Source: an uncultured virus (IMG/VR IMGVR_UViG_3300032294_003095) (lineage: Duplodnaviria > Heunggongvirae > Uroviricota > Caudoviricetes). From it: 64,000 nucleotides of DNA. The DNA lies in IMG/VR virus record IMGVR_UViG_3300032294_003095; one strand, 5' to 3'. The notes beneath the pieces are model-generated. The model had not been told where the DNA came from. It did not search any database and worked only from the letters and a program-made list of their open reading frames with translations. This document shows positions 9,398 to 19,554 of this stretch, piece after piece (positions within the stretch are counted from its first letter, which is position 1; each line of letters opens with the position of its first letter). Position numbers and translations under genes: made by a program.

Positions 9398-10303
9398 ATG
9401 AATTTATCACAAGCTAAGACATACTATAATAATAAGCCAGTTGAATATGTTTTAAAAGAATCATATAATGACTTAAAAGAAGATAAAGAGTTTGTTCCAA
9501 GATTTTCGCTTAAAAATATTAAAGACTTCCAAGACATTCCAATTAATGAGCCTATTAAATACGATGAAAAAATTTTAATAAAAGCTATTCAATATGGAAT
9601 GATATTTCTTATTAACTATAAGGGTGAAAAAGATAAACACTTTGCAGGACATGAGCGTGTTATTTATCCAATGGTACTCGGAAGATCATCAAAAGGAAAA
9701 TCCTTAATAAGAGGATGGCACTTAAACGGATGGTCAGTTTCTAAAAATAGACATATTAATAAAATTTGGAGACTTTTTAGAGCAGATAGGGTACTGTCTA
9801 TGACATTTACCGGATCATTTTATAGACTACCACCAGCAGGATATAATATGAACGACAAAGGAATGAGAGGTGGAATTATAACTAAAGCTGACTTTAATGT
9901 GATTAGAAAAAATCAACAAAATTTAGTACAACAAAGTGTTGTTCAAAATAGAGAAGAAGTAACACTAAGTCAGGAAAAAACTCAATTTGTTACAATAAGA
10001 GTGAAGAACACGGATTCAAAATTAGATTTAACAAAACCTCTTGAAAATGCTTATATCAATAATCTTAAAAATGTACAAAATGTTAGAATCTCATTCTTAA
10101 AAAGTATTTACGGAAATCAATATGTTGCAATATTAGGTGCAATGGGTGAGCCTGGAAATACAGTTAAGATAATAGATGAGAAAGGAAAAAATATAGGAGT
10201 TTATAAAGTTTTAGACTCAACAACTGGTCAAGTATTAAAAAGTATTACAAAAGTTAAAGGTAATGCTATTTATGACTTATACATTTTTGACAAAAAGATT
10301 TAA
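9398..10303 (+). CDS. WYL-like domain protein
   Basis: INYKG...ERVIYPMVLG...IRGW...WRLFRADRV pattern; late-type promoter at 9370-9378. Confidence 0.55.
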   Translation: MNLSQAKTYYNNKPVEYVLKESYNDLKEDKEFVPRFSLKNIKDFQDIPINEPIKYDEKILIKAIQYGMIFLINYKGEKDKHFAGHERVIYPMVLGRSSKGKSLIRGWHLNGWSVSKNRHINKIWRLFRADRVLSMTFTGSFYRLPPAGYNMNDKGMRGGIITKADFNVIRKNQQNLVQQSVVQNREEVTLSQEKTQFVTIRVKNTDSKLDLTKPLENAYINNLKNVQNVRISFLKSIYGNQYVAILGAMGEPGNTVKIIDEKGKNIGVYKVLDSTTGQVLKSITKVKGNAIYDLYIFDKKI

Positions 10304-10309
10304 TATATA
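10301..10309 (+). promoter_or_regulatory. Late-type promoter TAATATATA (representative of about 20 exact copies)
   Basis: Same 9-mer precedes genes on + at 2575, 9370, 24735, 27330, 35978, 42548, 43975, 51077, 51357, 51793, 57917 and on - at 5280, 7450, 9053, 20169, 31329, 34220, 49632, 55676, 57418. Confidence 0.7.
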
Positions 10310-10316
10310 ATTTATT

Positions 10317-11465
10317 ATGAGATATTTAAAATCAGTAAATGAAGAATTGAACATATCTAAGTTATCAGATGAAGAATTTGATAAGTTGATAAAAAATGTT
10401 ATTGATAATTTAGATCAATACAAAAATTCAATATTAAATAATATTGAATATAACTTAAAAACTAATAAAATTGAATATAAGGAATTTGAAAATATAAATA
10501 TTTCTCAAATAATATCTCAATTAAATTCAGATTTAGGAAAAGATATAGTTAACCAATTTAACATCGAAACTTTTTTAAGAAAAATCTATCAAATATTAGA
10601 TCTTAAAAATAGAAATACTAAGAAAAAAGTTAAAGAAGAGTTTACAAAATATTATAGATCATTAGTAGAAAGATTTGGAGAAGAGTCACAAGATACAAAA
10701 GAAGAAGATCACTTTGATAAAATAGAAGGAGAATCATCTTTACTACCTAGAAGAAAATATGAAGATGAAAAATACGACATACAAGTTGAGTTAATGAAAC
10801 TTCAAGAATGGGTCGTTAAAAACGGAGAAAGAGTTGCTATAGTATTTGAAGGTAGAGACTCAGCCGGAAAGGGATCAACAATTAAGAGATTTATTGAGTA
10901 TTTAAATCCTAAGCATTTTAGAGTTGTTGCACTTGGTGTTCCAACAGAAGAGGAGAAAAATGATTGGTTTGGTAGATATGAAAAACATTTACCTAAACCA
11001 GGTGAAATAGTTTTCTTTGACCGTTCTTGGTATAATAGAGCTGTAGTAGAGCCGGCAATGGGATATTGCACAGAAGAACAATATATGGACTTTATAGAAA
11101 ATGTTGCAGATTGGGAAGAAGATTTAATAAAAAGAGGATTGACATTGATTAAATTTTGGTTCTCTATAACTAAAGAAAAACAACAATTAAGATTTCAACT
11201 TAGACAAACATCACCGTTGAAATATTGGAAGTTCTCACCTAATGATGCTAAAGTCATAGACAAGTGGGACATTATTACAAAGTATAAAAATCAAATGTTT
11301 AATAAAACATCTACCAGATTATCACCTTGGGTTATCATAAATTCCAATGATAAAAAAATAGGCAGATTAAACGCAATGAGATACGCATTATCAGCGATTG
11401 ACTATGATGACAAAAATCCTGAAATGTCTGAATATTATCCAGAAGTAGTAAATGTACTTAAATAA
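10317..11465 (+). CDS. ppk2: Polyphosphate kinase 2 with N-terminal extension
   Basis: FEGRDSAGKG, FDRSWYNR, WKFSPND, SNDKKIGRLN motifs. Confidence 0.93.
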   Translation: MRYLKSVNEELNISKLSDEEFDKLIKNVIDNLDQYKNSILNNIEYNLKTNKIEYKEFENINISQIISQLNSDLGKDIVNQFNIETFLRKIYQILDLKNRNTKKKVKEEFTKYYRSLVERFGEESQDTKEEDHFDKIEGESSLLPRRKYEDEKYDIQVELMKLQEWVVKNGERVAIVFEGRDSAGKGSTIKRFIEYLNPKHFRVVALGVPTEEEKNDWFGRYEKHLPKPGEIVFFDRSWYNRAVVEPAMGYCTEEQYMDFIENVADWEEDLIKRGLTLIKFWFSITKEKQQLRFQLRQTSPLKYWKFSPNDAKVIDKWDIITKYKNQMFNKTSTRLSPWVIINSNDKKIGRLNAMRYALSAIDYDDKNPEMSEYYPEVVNVLK

Positions 11466-11491
11466 AAAAACCTCCAATTGGAGGTTTTTTT
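11464..11491. terminator. Bidirectional terminator
   Basis: A7-CCTCCAATTGGAGG-T7 between convergent genes. Confidence 0.8.
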
Positions 11492-11492
11492 A

Positions 11493-12029
11493 TTACAGTT
11501 GAACATAATTTGTTCCAGGTATAAACTGTTTATTGTTAAGCTTTGGTAATAGTGTTTTCCAAGTATGACCAAATGTCTTTTCAAAGTGTGGAGCATCTTT
11601 AAAAGATTTCCAATCACCTCCCCATACCCATCCACGATTTTTTAGTATGTTAACAACCTCCATCCAATCTGCTCTACCATCTTTGTCAAAATCAATATTT
11701 GTTTCCCAAGAAGCCGATTCAAATTTACCATCTGAATTAGTATCTTTTAATAGAACTATGTCCAATGCAAGTCCATAGTTATGTATAGACTGTCCACCTT
11801 TGGCTTTTGTAACTACACCAAGTCTTTTTCCTTTATCGTCAAATAATCTTGTTCTACCTTGCGCATAGAGAGCATCTTGCTCAGCAAATGTTCTTAATGT
11901 GTAGGCAAATCTGCAAATAGCTCTTCCATTTAAAGCTGGTACAATTTCGTTTAGGTAGATGTTTCTCACCTCCTCTCTTACAGCCGGATGTAATAGTTGG
12001 ATTCTATCTAATGTTGGTTTATCACTCAT
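11493..12029 (-). CDS. Endolysin, M15 L-Ala-D-Glu peptidase family
   Basis: RTFAEQDALYAQGR, SIHNYGLALD, WGGDW, DAPHFE. Confidence 0.9.
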   Translation of the reverse strand: MSDKPTLDRIQLLHPAVREEVRNIYLNEIVPALNGRAICRFAYTLRTFAEQDALYAQGRTRLFDDKGKRLGVVTKAKGGQSIHNYGLALDIVLLKDTNSDGKFESASWETNIDFDKDGRADWMEVVNILKNRGWVWGGDWKSFKDAPHFEKTFGHTWKTLLPKLNNKQFIPGTNYVQL

Positions 12030-12084
12030 AATTAGTTTTTTCTTTTATATATCTAACTTTTTATTACCGTCTCATATAAATAAT

Positions 12085-12576
12085 ATGAATGTATATAGTC
12101 CAGAAGAAGTAGATAGAATTAATAAAATTAAAGAAACTAACGATAGATTAGAGGAATTCTTTAATGGTAAAAGAACCGAGTGGTCAAAAAATATTGATCC
12201 TCTTTTCGAGGTATTAAAATTTGAAATAAATTCACAGTCATCTAAGAAAATTATGGAGACTCAAGCACTATGTCTTAGTTATAGACAAGTCATAAATGAG
12301 CAGATATCATCCTTTTTAGATAGACGATCTAAGCAAGATGTCAAGTTAAAAAGAATTAAGCAGGATAAATTTATTTGGTATGCAACATCATTTGGTGTTA
12401 AAACTAATATGGGTGAAAAAACACTTTTAATTGAAGCTCATGTCGCTGAGGAGCAGAGAAATGTTGAACTAATTGAAAACTATATTGAGTATTTAAGACA
12501 GACTAATAAAAATTTAGAAAGTTTACAATTTACTATAAAGAATATAATCGACTTATTTAATTATTTAGGTAAATAA
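12085..12576 (+). CDS. UvsY-like recombination mediator
   Basis: Start moved to ATG 12085. Helical protein ending LQFTIKNIIDLFNYLGK, similar to the UvsY C-terminus. TATAAATA at 12075. Confidence 0.55.
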   Translation: MNVYSPEEVDRINKIKETNDRLEEFFNGKRTEWSKNIDPLFEVLKFEINSQSSKKIMETQALCLSYRQVINEQISSFLDRRSKQDVKLKRIKQDKFIWYATSFGVKTNMGEKTLLIEAHVAEEQRNVELIENYIEYLRQTNKNLESLQFTIKNIIDLFNYLGK

Positions 12577-13884
12577 TTATTTCTTTTTCTTTTTAGGCTT
12601 CTTTTCCAATCTTTCAGATTTAACTCTCTCTATTTCTTTTTCTATCTGATCTTTAGAAACTCCCCATCTATTTGGAGCCCCTTTTATTGCTTCAAGTCTA
12701 TATTCATAATCACCAACACACTCAGAGCATGGTCCTGTACTTTCACCTGTGCCATCACAAGGCTTACATTTTACTTCACCATCATCATCACACTTTTTGC
12801 ATCCATCACCACTGCATTTTACACACTCAATACTGCCATTTCCTTTGCAGTCTGGACAATCACCGGCTTCTTCACCACTACCACCACAAGACCAACATTC
12901 AGAAGATGTTCCCTCCGTATCATTTAGAAATTCAACACCTGCAAAAGGTCTATTACTCAAATACTTCTTTTTCCTATTGAGACAAGAAAGAGTATCTAAG
13001 AATGGATATTGGTCAAAATCAGATTTAGTTAGCTCAACTTGTAACTCACCTACTATATTTTGACCTTTATATTTAAAAACTAAAGCATCATAGTTATCAC
13101 AGTTTTGTCTATATTTATACATCCAACCTTTTTCATCAGCATAATTTGTAAATTTGATAATATCACTATCATTATTAGTATAGATTCTATCCATGAAATA
13201 CTCAGGACCTGGAGTTTTACTTAACTTCCAAACAAGAGCTCTTCCTAAAACTTCACCACGACCATTAAAATAAACAAGTAGACTACAAACTTTAGGATTT
13301 TTAACATAGATATCAAAATAATCTTGACACTCTTCGTGTTTCATACAAGAACTACCTAAAGTACCTTTTTCTTTGAAAGCGTAATTATTATAATCGTAGT
13401 ATTTTCTAATACTTTCACCATTTACTAATTCAAATTTGTGATCTTGTTTATCAGTAGCAGCTTTATAAAGATTAACAAAATCCTCATAGTCTTTATCTTT
13501 CAACTTAGCAACACTACTTGACAATCCTGTATATGATATAAAATTCTTATCAGTTAATAAAGCTTTTGCAAATCTACCCACCTTAACATCACTTCTACCT
13601 TTTACAGAAAAGGGACTACTATCATCAGATATATTATCCGCCTTTTTATCTGATAAAAAAGATATAGTATCATCCTTATCGGAAATATCAATGAAATTTT
13701 GTTTTAAATCATCGCCAATATAAGTCTCTGCTGAAAAAGTATCAAATAATATCTTAGCAACTAAATTTTTATCTTTAAAAGATTGTATTTTATTTAAAAA
13801 ATCACCACTACATTGTAGATTTCCTTCTATTATTAGAGATATAATACGACTTTCAGTTAAAAATTCTGTGTATTTATTTAGCAT
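12577..13884 (-). CDS. SCM..GRALVW..MDRIY domain protein with DnaJ-type CxxCxGxG zinc finger
   Basis: Repeated CxxCxGxG motifs near the C-terminus; paralog of the 29448 ORF; CTS-like start MLNKYTEFLTES. Confidence 0.7.
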   Translation of the reverse strand: MLNKYTEFLTESRIISLIIEGNLQCSGDFLNKIQSFKDKNLVAKILFDTFSAETYIGDDLKQNFIDISDKDDTISFLSDKKADNISDDSSPFSVKGRSDVKVGRFAKALLTDKNFISYTGLSSSVAKLKDKDYEDFVNLYKAATDKQDHKFELVNGESIRKYYDYNNYAFKEKGTLGSSCMKHEECQDYFDIYVKNPKVCSLLVYFNGRGEVLGRALVWKLSKTPGPEYFMDRIYTNNDSDIIKFTNYADEKGWMYKYRQNCDNYDALVFKYKGQNIVGELQVELTKSDFDQYPFLDTLSCLNRKKKYLSNRPFAGVEFLNDTEGTSSECWSCGGSGEEAGDCPDCKGNGSIECVKCSGDGCKKCDDDGEVKCKPCDGTGESTGPCSECVGDYEYRLEAIKGAPNRWGVSKDQIEKEIERVKSERLEKKPKKKKK

Positions 13885-13931
13885 AAACTTTTTAATAATT
13901 TCTTGATATTAATGTATATATAAATTTTCCT

Positions 13932-14246
13932 ATGAATAAATTTAAATTAACCGAAGACCTCTATATTTTAGATAAAATTATCTTACCTAAAAATGCTGAA
14001 GTATCATTTGATGAATATGATGAAGTAAAAATATCAACTGAATACGGACCAATAACTTTCACAAAAGAAATGTTAAAAGATAAGATTGAAAGACCAGTTG
14101 AAAATGTAGAAGTTAAAATATCTGTTTTAGATGAAGATGAAGATGCTGTTAAGAATTACAGGCTTCAATTAGACTTTAAGGCATCGAGAAAAAAAGTAAT
14201 TGAAATAGAAACATATTTGAGAAAAACATTACATGATATGTTATAA
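13932..14246 (+). CDS. Hypothetical protein
   Basis: ORF only. Confidence 0.55.
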   Translation: MNKFKLTEDLYILDKIILPKNAEVSFDEYDEVKISTEYGPITFTKEMLKDKIERPVENVEVKISVLDEDEDAVKNYRLQLDFKASRKKVIEIETYLRKTLHDML

Positions 14247-14275
14247 TTTTTTGTATATTTACTTAAATTTTAGAA

Positions 14276-15211
14276 ATGAGTAAAGATTACCCTATAGGAG
14301 CAGTCGTTGGTAGATTCCAAGTTCATGAACTACACGATGCCCACAAATTTATTATCGACCAAGTCGTTAATAATCATAAAAAGTCAATTATATTCTTAGG
14401 TGTTCCCAAAGTAGTAGGAACAAAAAAGAACCCATTAGACTTCGATACACGAAAAAAGATGGTACAAGCATCTTATCCAGACTCCGTAATATTGGCACTT
14501 CCTGATATTGGAGATGATTTCAAATGGACTGCCGAGTTAGATAGAAGAATTCGAGAAGTATATCCAATTGGTGATGTTCTTATGTATGGTGGAAGAGATT
14601 CTTTTATACCATACTATAAAAAAGGAAACGGTCAATTCGATTGTAAGGAATTAGATCAGTACACTTTTGTCTCAGGTACAGAAGTTAGGAAAGCAGTTTC
14701 AGAAACAGTTAAAAATTCCTCAGACTTTAGAGCAGGGGTTATCTATCAAGCTTATAATCAATACCCTAAAGTACATCCTTGTGTCGATATCGCACCACTC
14801 TCTAAAGATGGTGATATGATATTACTCGCTAAGAAACCAGATGAAAATGGATGGCGATTTATTGGGGGATTTGTACATCCAAATGATGAATCTTATGAAA
14901 ACACGGTTGTAAGAAAATTAAAATCAGACTCTAATTTAGATGTAGATGCAGACGACTTGAAGTTCATTGGAACTTGTAAAGTTCCAGACTGGAGATATAG
15001 AAGTGAAGAGGATAAAATATTCACAATACTTTATAAATCTAAAAAATTTACTGGAGATATTCAACCATCTGACGATGTTTCCGAATTGAAATGGTGGAAT
15101 ATTGATGAATTGAAGTCATTTGTAGATCTTAAAGATAGATTTACAGGTCCAGTAGTTGATGAGCATAAACCTCTTATGTTAATGATATTAAAAAATTTAA
15201 ATAAAATATGA
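14276..15211 (+). CDS. nadM: Bifunctional NMN adenylyltransferase / Nudix hydrolase (NadM-Nudix, NatV-like)
   Basis: VGRFQVHELHDAH, KNPLDF, SGTEVR; Nudix-like C-domain with a degenerate box (GGFV..DESYE). Confidence 0.85.
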   Translation: MSKDYPIGAVVGRFQVHELHDAHKFIIDQVVNNHKKSIIFLGVPKVVGTKKNPLDFDTRKKMVQASYPDSVILALPDIGDDFKWTAELDRRIREVYPIGDVLMYGGRDSFIPYYKKGNGQFDCKELDQYTFVSGTEVRKAVSETVKNSSDFRAGVIYQAYNQYPKVHPCVDIAPLSKDGDMILLAKKPDENGWRFIGGFVHPNDESYENTVVRKLKSDSNLDVDADDLKFIGTCKVPDWRYRSEEDKIFTILYKSKKFTGDIQPSDDVSELKWWNIDELKSFVDLKDRFTGPVVDEHKPLMLMILKNLNKI

Positions 15212-16305
15212 AAGTAAATCACTCACCAGTATCATACTCTTCTATTGTTGAGATAGGAGAAAGAACATCCTATCTTGAAAAAACAACCGGAGAAACCTAT
15301 TTAAAACTTCATCGTGGAGTTATGGATGTAGATATGATCGATTTAAATTCATTTATGAATGACTTCGATTATAATCAGAAATCGGTTCAACAATATGGTG
15401 GTAATGATGGAGATGCTAAATTAGTTGAAGTTATTAAAGATAAATTTCACTTAAAAGACCACTATGTAATGACTGTACCTGGTGGAATGGCAACTTTAGA
15501 CTTAGTTATAAACTCACTATCAGAAGAAAATTTTTGGATACCAAAGTATCACTGGGGTTCTTGGAATAAAATTCTCAAAATTCATAATAAAAATACACAA
15601 GAATTCGATGATTTCAATATTGGAGATTTTAAAGCGTGTGACAATATTTTAGGATATTCAAGTGGAGTTGTTATGTTATGTTATCCATCTAATCCAACCG
15701 GATGGTCACCAGACTTCGAAGACTTAAAAAAGTTCTTAGATCACTCTAAAGAAAAGAATATTACAGTCATTTTAGACTTACCATACTATTATCTTTTCAA
15801 TGATATAGATAATCCTATTCACGAGTTATTTTATGATAATGTGATTGTTATATCGTCTTTTTCCAAATCTATGGGATTATCAGGACTTAGAATCGGATAC
15901 ATCGCTACGAAGAATCAAGAGCTTTACAACTCTATGAAAATTAGATCGTTGTATAAATACAACTCAATTTCAACTATTCCGCAACAAGTAATAACAAGAT
16001 TACTTACAACAAATGGTGGTAAATTGGCATTAGATAATTATAAGTGGAAAACACAAGATAGTATTAAAAAGAATATTCAATATCTAAAAGATAGGGGATT
16101 CTTATTTGATGAATATCCGTCAACTCCAACTGGGCCATTTGCAATTGTAAATATAAATTTTGATATTCTTTTGTTTAATCGGATATCATCCGTACCTTTA
16201 CATAAATTTTCACTCAATAGAACAGTGAATCCACAATACTCAAGAATATCAGTGGCAGTGCCACATGAAATATTCAAACAATATTTTGACAAAATAAATT
16301 CATAA
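15208..16305 (+). CDS. PLP-dependent aminotransferase class I/II
   Basis: PSNPTG, DLPY, SFSKSMGLSGLRIG (PLP lysine), C-terminal RISV. Confidence 0.85.
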   Translation: MKVNHSPVSYSSIVEIGERTSYLEKTTGETYLKLHRGVMDVDMIDLNSFMNDFDYNQKSVQQYGGNDGDAKLVEVIKDKFHLKDHYVMTVPGGMATLDLVINSLSEENFWIPKYHWGSWNKILKIHNKNTQEFDDFNIGDFKACDNILGYSSGVVMLCYPSNPTGWSPDFEDLKKFLDHSKEKNITVILDLPYYYLFNDIDNPIHELFYDNVIVISSFSKSMGLSGLRIGYIATKNQELYNSMKIRSLYKYNSISTIPQQVITRLLTTNGGKLALDNYKWKTQDSIKKNIQYLKDRGFLFDEYPSTPTGPFAIVNINFDILLFNRISSVPLHKFSLNRTVNPQYSRISVAVPHEIFKQYFDKINS

Positions 16306-16308
16306 TAT

Positions 16309-17766
16309 ATGGAACCAAATATTCTATTACTCACAGACTCTTACAAACCAACACACTGGAAACAACTACCTAAAGGCGTAACGATTTTAAGATCATATCT
16401 TGAAAGTCGCGGAGGCAAATTCGACAATACACTATTTTATGGTCTTCAATATATCATAAAAGAGTATCTACAAGGTAAAGTAATTACTTTGAATAAAATC
16501 AATCGTGCTAAACTATTCTGGGATGCACATCTTGGACCAGGTCATTTTAATATGGATGGATGGTTACACATTTTAGAAAAACATAACGGTCACTTACCTG
16601 TTATTATCAAAGCTGTTCCAGAGGGGAGTGTAATCCCAACAGGAAATGTACTCCTAACTATTGAAAACACAGACCCTGAAGTTCCTTGGCTAACAAACTA
16701 TCTTGAGTCACTTCTTTTACAAGTTTGGTACCCAATTACAGTTGGAACTCTTTCAAGAGAAATTAAAAAAGTTCTTATTGACTATTTGGTAAAAACATCT
16801 GATCACGATGAAAATGGAATTCGTGGAATTGTTAACTTTATGTTACACGATTTTGGCTTCCGTGGTACATCATCAGTTGAAAGTGCAGGAATTGGCGCAT
16901 CAGCACATATTATAAACTTCCGTGGAACAGATACAGTAGAAGGTATTCTATTGGCTCAAGAGTATTACAATACTTTAGATATGTTGGCATTCTCAATTCC
17001 AGCATCTGAACACTCAACTATTACTTCTTGGACTGAACCTTTTGAGGTAAAAGCATTTGAGAATATGTTAGACCAATTCCCAACAGGTTTAGTAGCGTGT
17101 GTATCAGACTCATTTGATATTATTAGAGCTTGTAGAGACCACTGGGGAACAACACTACGAGATAAAATCTTAAATCGTGATGGTCGTCTTGTAATTCGTC
17201 CTGATAGTGGAGATCCAGTTCAAACATTGAAACAAATTTTCCATATCTTATGGGATAAATTTGGTGGAACAGTCAATAAAAAAGGATTTAAAGTTATTGA
17301 TCCACACGTTAGAGTAATTCAAGGCGATGGTGTAAACTATGAGTCTATTATTGAAATTCTCGATATGATGGTTGAAGAAGGATTTGCAGTAGAGAACATT
17401 GCATTTGGTATGGGTGGTGCACTTCTACAAAAAGTAGATAGAGATACTCAGAAATTTGCAATCAAATGTTCATCAATTGTTATCAATGGTGAAGAGGTTG
17501 AAGTGCAAAAAAATCCAATTGAAATTAATGAGAAAGGTGAAAGAGTTCAATCATTTAAAAAGTCAAAAGCTGGTAGATTGAAACTTGTTCATCACATTGA
17601 TGAATATAACAATAGTGATGAATATGAAACTGTTCAACACTGTAAAGATTTTACCGGTGATATTTTGGTAAATATTTTTGAAAATGGTCATATCTTAAAA
17701 GAGTGGACATTTGAGGAAGTTCGTGAAAGAGCTGAGGTAAAAATTAATGTTGAAGAATTGGTATAA
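16309..17766 (+). CDS. nadV: Nicotinamide phosphoribosyltransferase
   Basis: TDSYK, LHDFGFRG, IPASEHS, IRPDSGDP, IQGDG, FGMGGALLQ, KKSKAG. Confidence 0.93.
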   Translation: MEPNILLLTDSYKPTHWKQLPKGVTILRSYLESRGGKFDNTLFYGLQYIIKEYLQGKVITLNKINRAKLFWDAHLGPGHFNMDGWLHILEKHNGHLPVIIKAVPEGSVIPTGNVLLTIENTDPEVPWLTNYLESLLLQVWYPITVGTLSREIKKVLIDYLVKTSDHDENGIRGIVNFMLHDFGFRGTSSVESAGIGASAHIINFRGTDTVEGILLAQEYYNTLDMLAFSIPASEHSTITSWTEPFEVKAFENMLDQFPTGLVACVSDSFDIIRACRDHWGTTLRDKILNRDGRLVIRPDSGDPVQTLKQIFHILWDKFGGTVNKKGFKVIDPHVRVIQGDGVNYESIIEILDMMVEEGFAVENIAFGMGGALLQKVDRDTQKFAIKCSSIVINGEEVEVQKNPIEINEKGERVQSFKKSKAGRLKLVHHIDEYNNSDEYETVQHCKDFTGDILVNIFENGHILKEWTFEEVRERAEVKINVEELV

Positions 17767-18512
17767 TGGGTAATTATAGAGTACTTTCAAAAGAAGAGGC
17801 TGAATATTGGTCAAATAAGATATTTACCAGTTGGTCAAATAGATACAATATCGGTGTTAATTTACTGGAAATCTATAATCCAGATTCTCTTAGAAAGACT
17901 ATAAACTATAGATTTACCTTTTCTGTGTCGAAAAATAATATTCAAAGATTTGAAAATCTATTCTTAAAATTTTTAAAAGATGGGTGCAAACATATGCTTC
18001 TTGAAAATGGGTATAAGCAGTATTTTCAAATCTTTGAGTATGAAGAATTAGAAAAATTTAGAAAAATTGAAGAAAGAGAAGAACATAAAATATACGGAGT
18101 GGATTTTATTAAATTCACTTATGATTTTAATAGATCTCCATCATTAGCCACAGTACTTTTTATACAAATAATAAAAGATGTAATTAATATAATTGGTGAA
18201 TATTGGGGATTTGATGAAAATGGAGATGAGGTTTGTTCTATAAAATATCCAGTTGGCTCGATAGTTTCATTAACTACCGATAAATCGGATTTTTTTGTAG
18301 AGTCAATATCTTTTATTAGAGAGAATACAGATAAATTCAAAGAACTGAAATTGAAATTTGGATTCAAAGAAGAATTATTGTTATATAACTTATTAAAAAT
18401 TGAATCAAATTTAAATTCACAAGTATTAGAGTTCTCAGATATTTATGTAGTATCATCAGATACTATAATACCAAATAGAGGACAACGAATAGACGAAATT
18501 TTAGATAAATAA
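17766..18512 (+). CDS. Hypothetical protein with C-terminal RGQRIDEILDK tag
   Basis: Coupled to nadV (TAATG). Confidence 0.6.
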   Translation: MGNYRVLSKEEAEYWSNKIFTSWSNRYNIGVNLLEIYNPDSLRKTINYRFTFSVSKNNIQRFENLFLKFLKDGCKHMLLENGYKQYFQIFEYEELEKFRKIEEREEHKIYGVDFIKFTYDFNRSPSLATVLFIQIIKDVINIIGEYWGFDENGDEVCSIKYPVGSIVSLTTDKSDFFVESISFIRENTDKFKELKLKFGFKEELLLYNLLKIESNLNSQVLEFSDIYVVSSDTIIPNRGQRIDEILDK

Positions 18513-18536
18513 AAAAGACCCGTAAGGGTCTTTTTT
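18511..18536. terminator. Bidirectional terminator
   Basis: AAAAAAGACCC-gtaa-GGGTCTTTTTT. Confidence 0.85.
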
Positions 18537-18537
18537 A

Positions 18538-18816
18538 TTACATTTCATCATTATCCAAACCAATTGCATAATTCAATTCGTCAAGAACAGCATCAAGAGT
18601 AGTATCTACATCATCCTCAGTATAGAAAATTCCATCCCAATATCCAGTAAGTTGAGGAACATCCTCACGAGCAACAGTAGTATTATAAGAATCCATAATA
18701 TCTTCAGGTGAAGCAAATTCTCCAAGTTCCATTCTAACTCCTGAATAGGCTTCCGGTATATGGATTTTATCAGAATTATTATCTAAATTTTCATTAAATC
18801 TTTTTAAGTATTTCAT
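18538..18816 (-). CDS. Small acidic protein with CTS-like N-terminus (MKYLKRFNEN)
   Basis: Start moved to ATG 18816. Confidence 0.65.
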   Translation of the reverse strand: MKYLKRFNENLDNNSDKIHIPEAYSGVRMELGEFASPEDIMDSYNTTVAREDVPQLTGYWDGIFYTEDDVDTTLDAVLDELNYAIGLDNDEM

Positions 18817-18817
18817 A

Positions 18818-19210
18818 TTATTTCTTTTTCTTTTTTCTAGCTTTTGCAGCTTTAGCTTTTGCCCATAAATCAGCATCGGCTTTTCTCGCACCACCAGCAC
18901 CCGTAATAAATGAATTCACACGACCCATTCCCCACTGGTGTTGAGCAACACCTGGTCTATGTCCAGCATTCCAAGCTTGCATTCCTTTTGCAAAAACCTT
19001 TCTTAAAATACCCATTGGTATTCCAGATGCTTTAGATTTTTTTCTTAAAGATTCAGTCACACCTGATTTCTTTTTCTCATACAACTCATCAGATTCGTCT
19101 AAATCATCTACCATTTCATTGGTGAAATCATTTTCCAATTCAAAATCTTCTGATTCTAAATAAGTTGAAAAATCTTCTGTTAAGTCTTCAAAATTTAATA
19201 AGTATTTCAT
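18818..19210 (-). CDS. CTS-like protein with DUF5824-like C-terminal domain
   Basis: SGIPMGILRKVF.KG..AW..GHRPG...QWG.GRVNSF motif. Confidence 0.65.
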   Translation of the reverse strand: MKYLLNFEDLTEDFSTYLESEDFELENDFTNEMVDDLDESDELYEKKKSGVTESLRKKSKASGIPMGILRKVFAKGMQAWNAGHRPGVAQHQWGMGRVNSFITGAGGARKADADLWAKAKAAKARKKKKK

Positions 19211-19215
19211 TATTA

Positions 19216-19545
19216 TTATTTTATTTTTTTATCGTTTTCAAATATTTCATATTCTATACCCTCACCACCAGTCTCATCAGATAGTGTAATTATTTCTCCA
19301 TTAGAAAATTCTAATTCTATTTCATATAAATCATTTTTAACACCAGTGATTGAAGTATCTTTTATTTTTGATAAATCACCATCAATGGATAAGTGAGCAC
19401 CCCCAGCACATGCAAAGGTAATGTCTCCACTTTTTGTGTATAAAACAAATACACCACGTCCATCTAAATCGTCAGATTCAATAACTTCTACTCCTATTAA
19501 TTCTGACTCATTTCTAAAATTTTCAAATAATTTTAAGTATTTCAT
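19216..19545 (-). CDS. Small protein with CTS-like N-terminus (MKYLKLFENF)
   Basis: ORF in a four-gene array that all start MKYL. Confidence 0.65.
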   Translation of the reverse strand: MKYLKLFENFRNESELIGVEVIESDDLDGRGVFVLYTKSGDITFACAGGAHLSIDGDLSKIKDTSITGVKNDLYEIELEFSNGEIITLSDETGGEGIEYEIFENDKKIK

Positions 19546-19554
19546 ATTATTATT

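Noticed and set aside
12672..13063. His-rich and other plus-strand ORFs
   Set aside because: Antisense shadows of the CxxCxGxG region.
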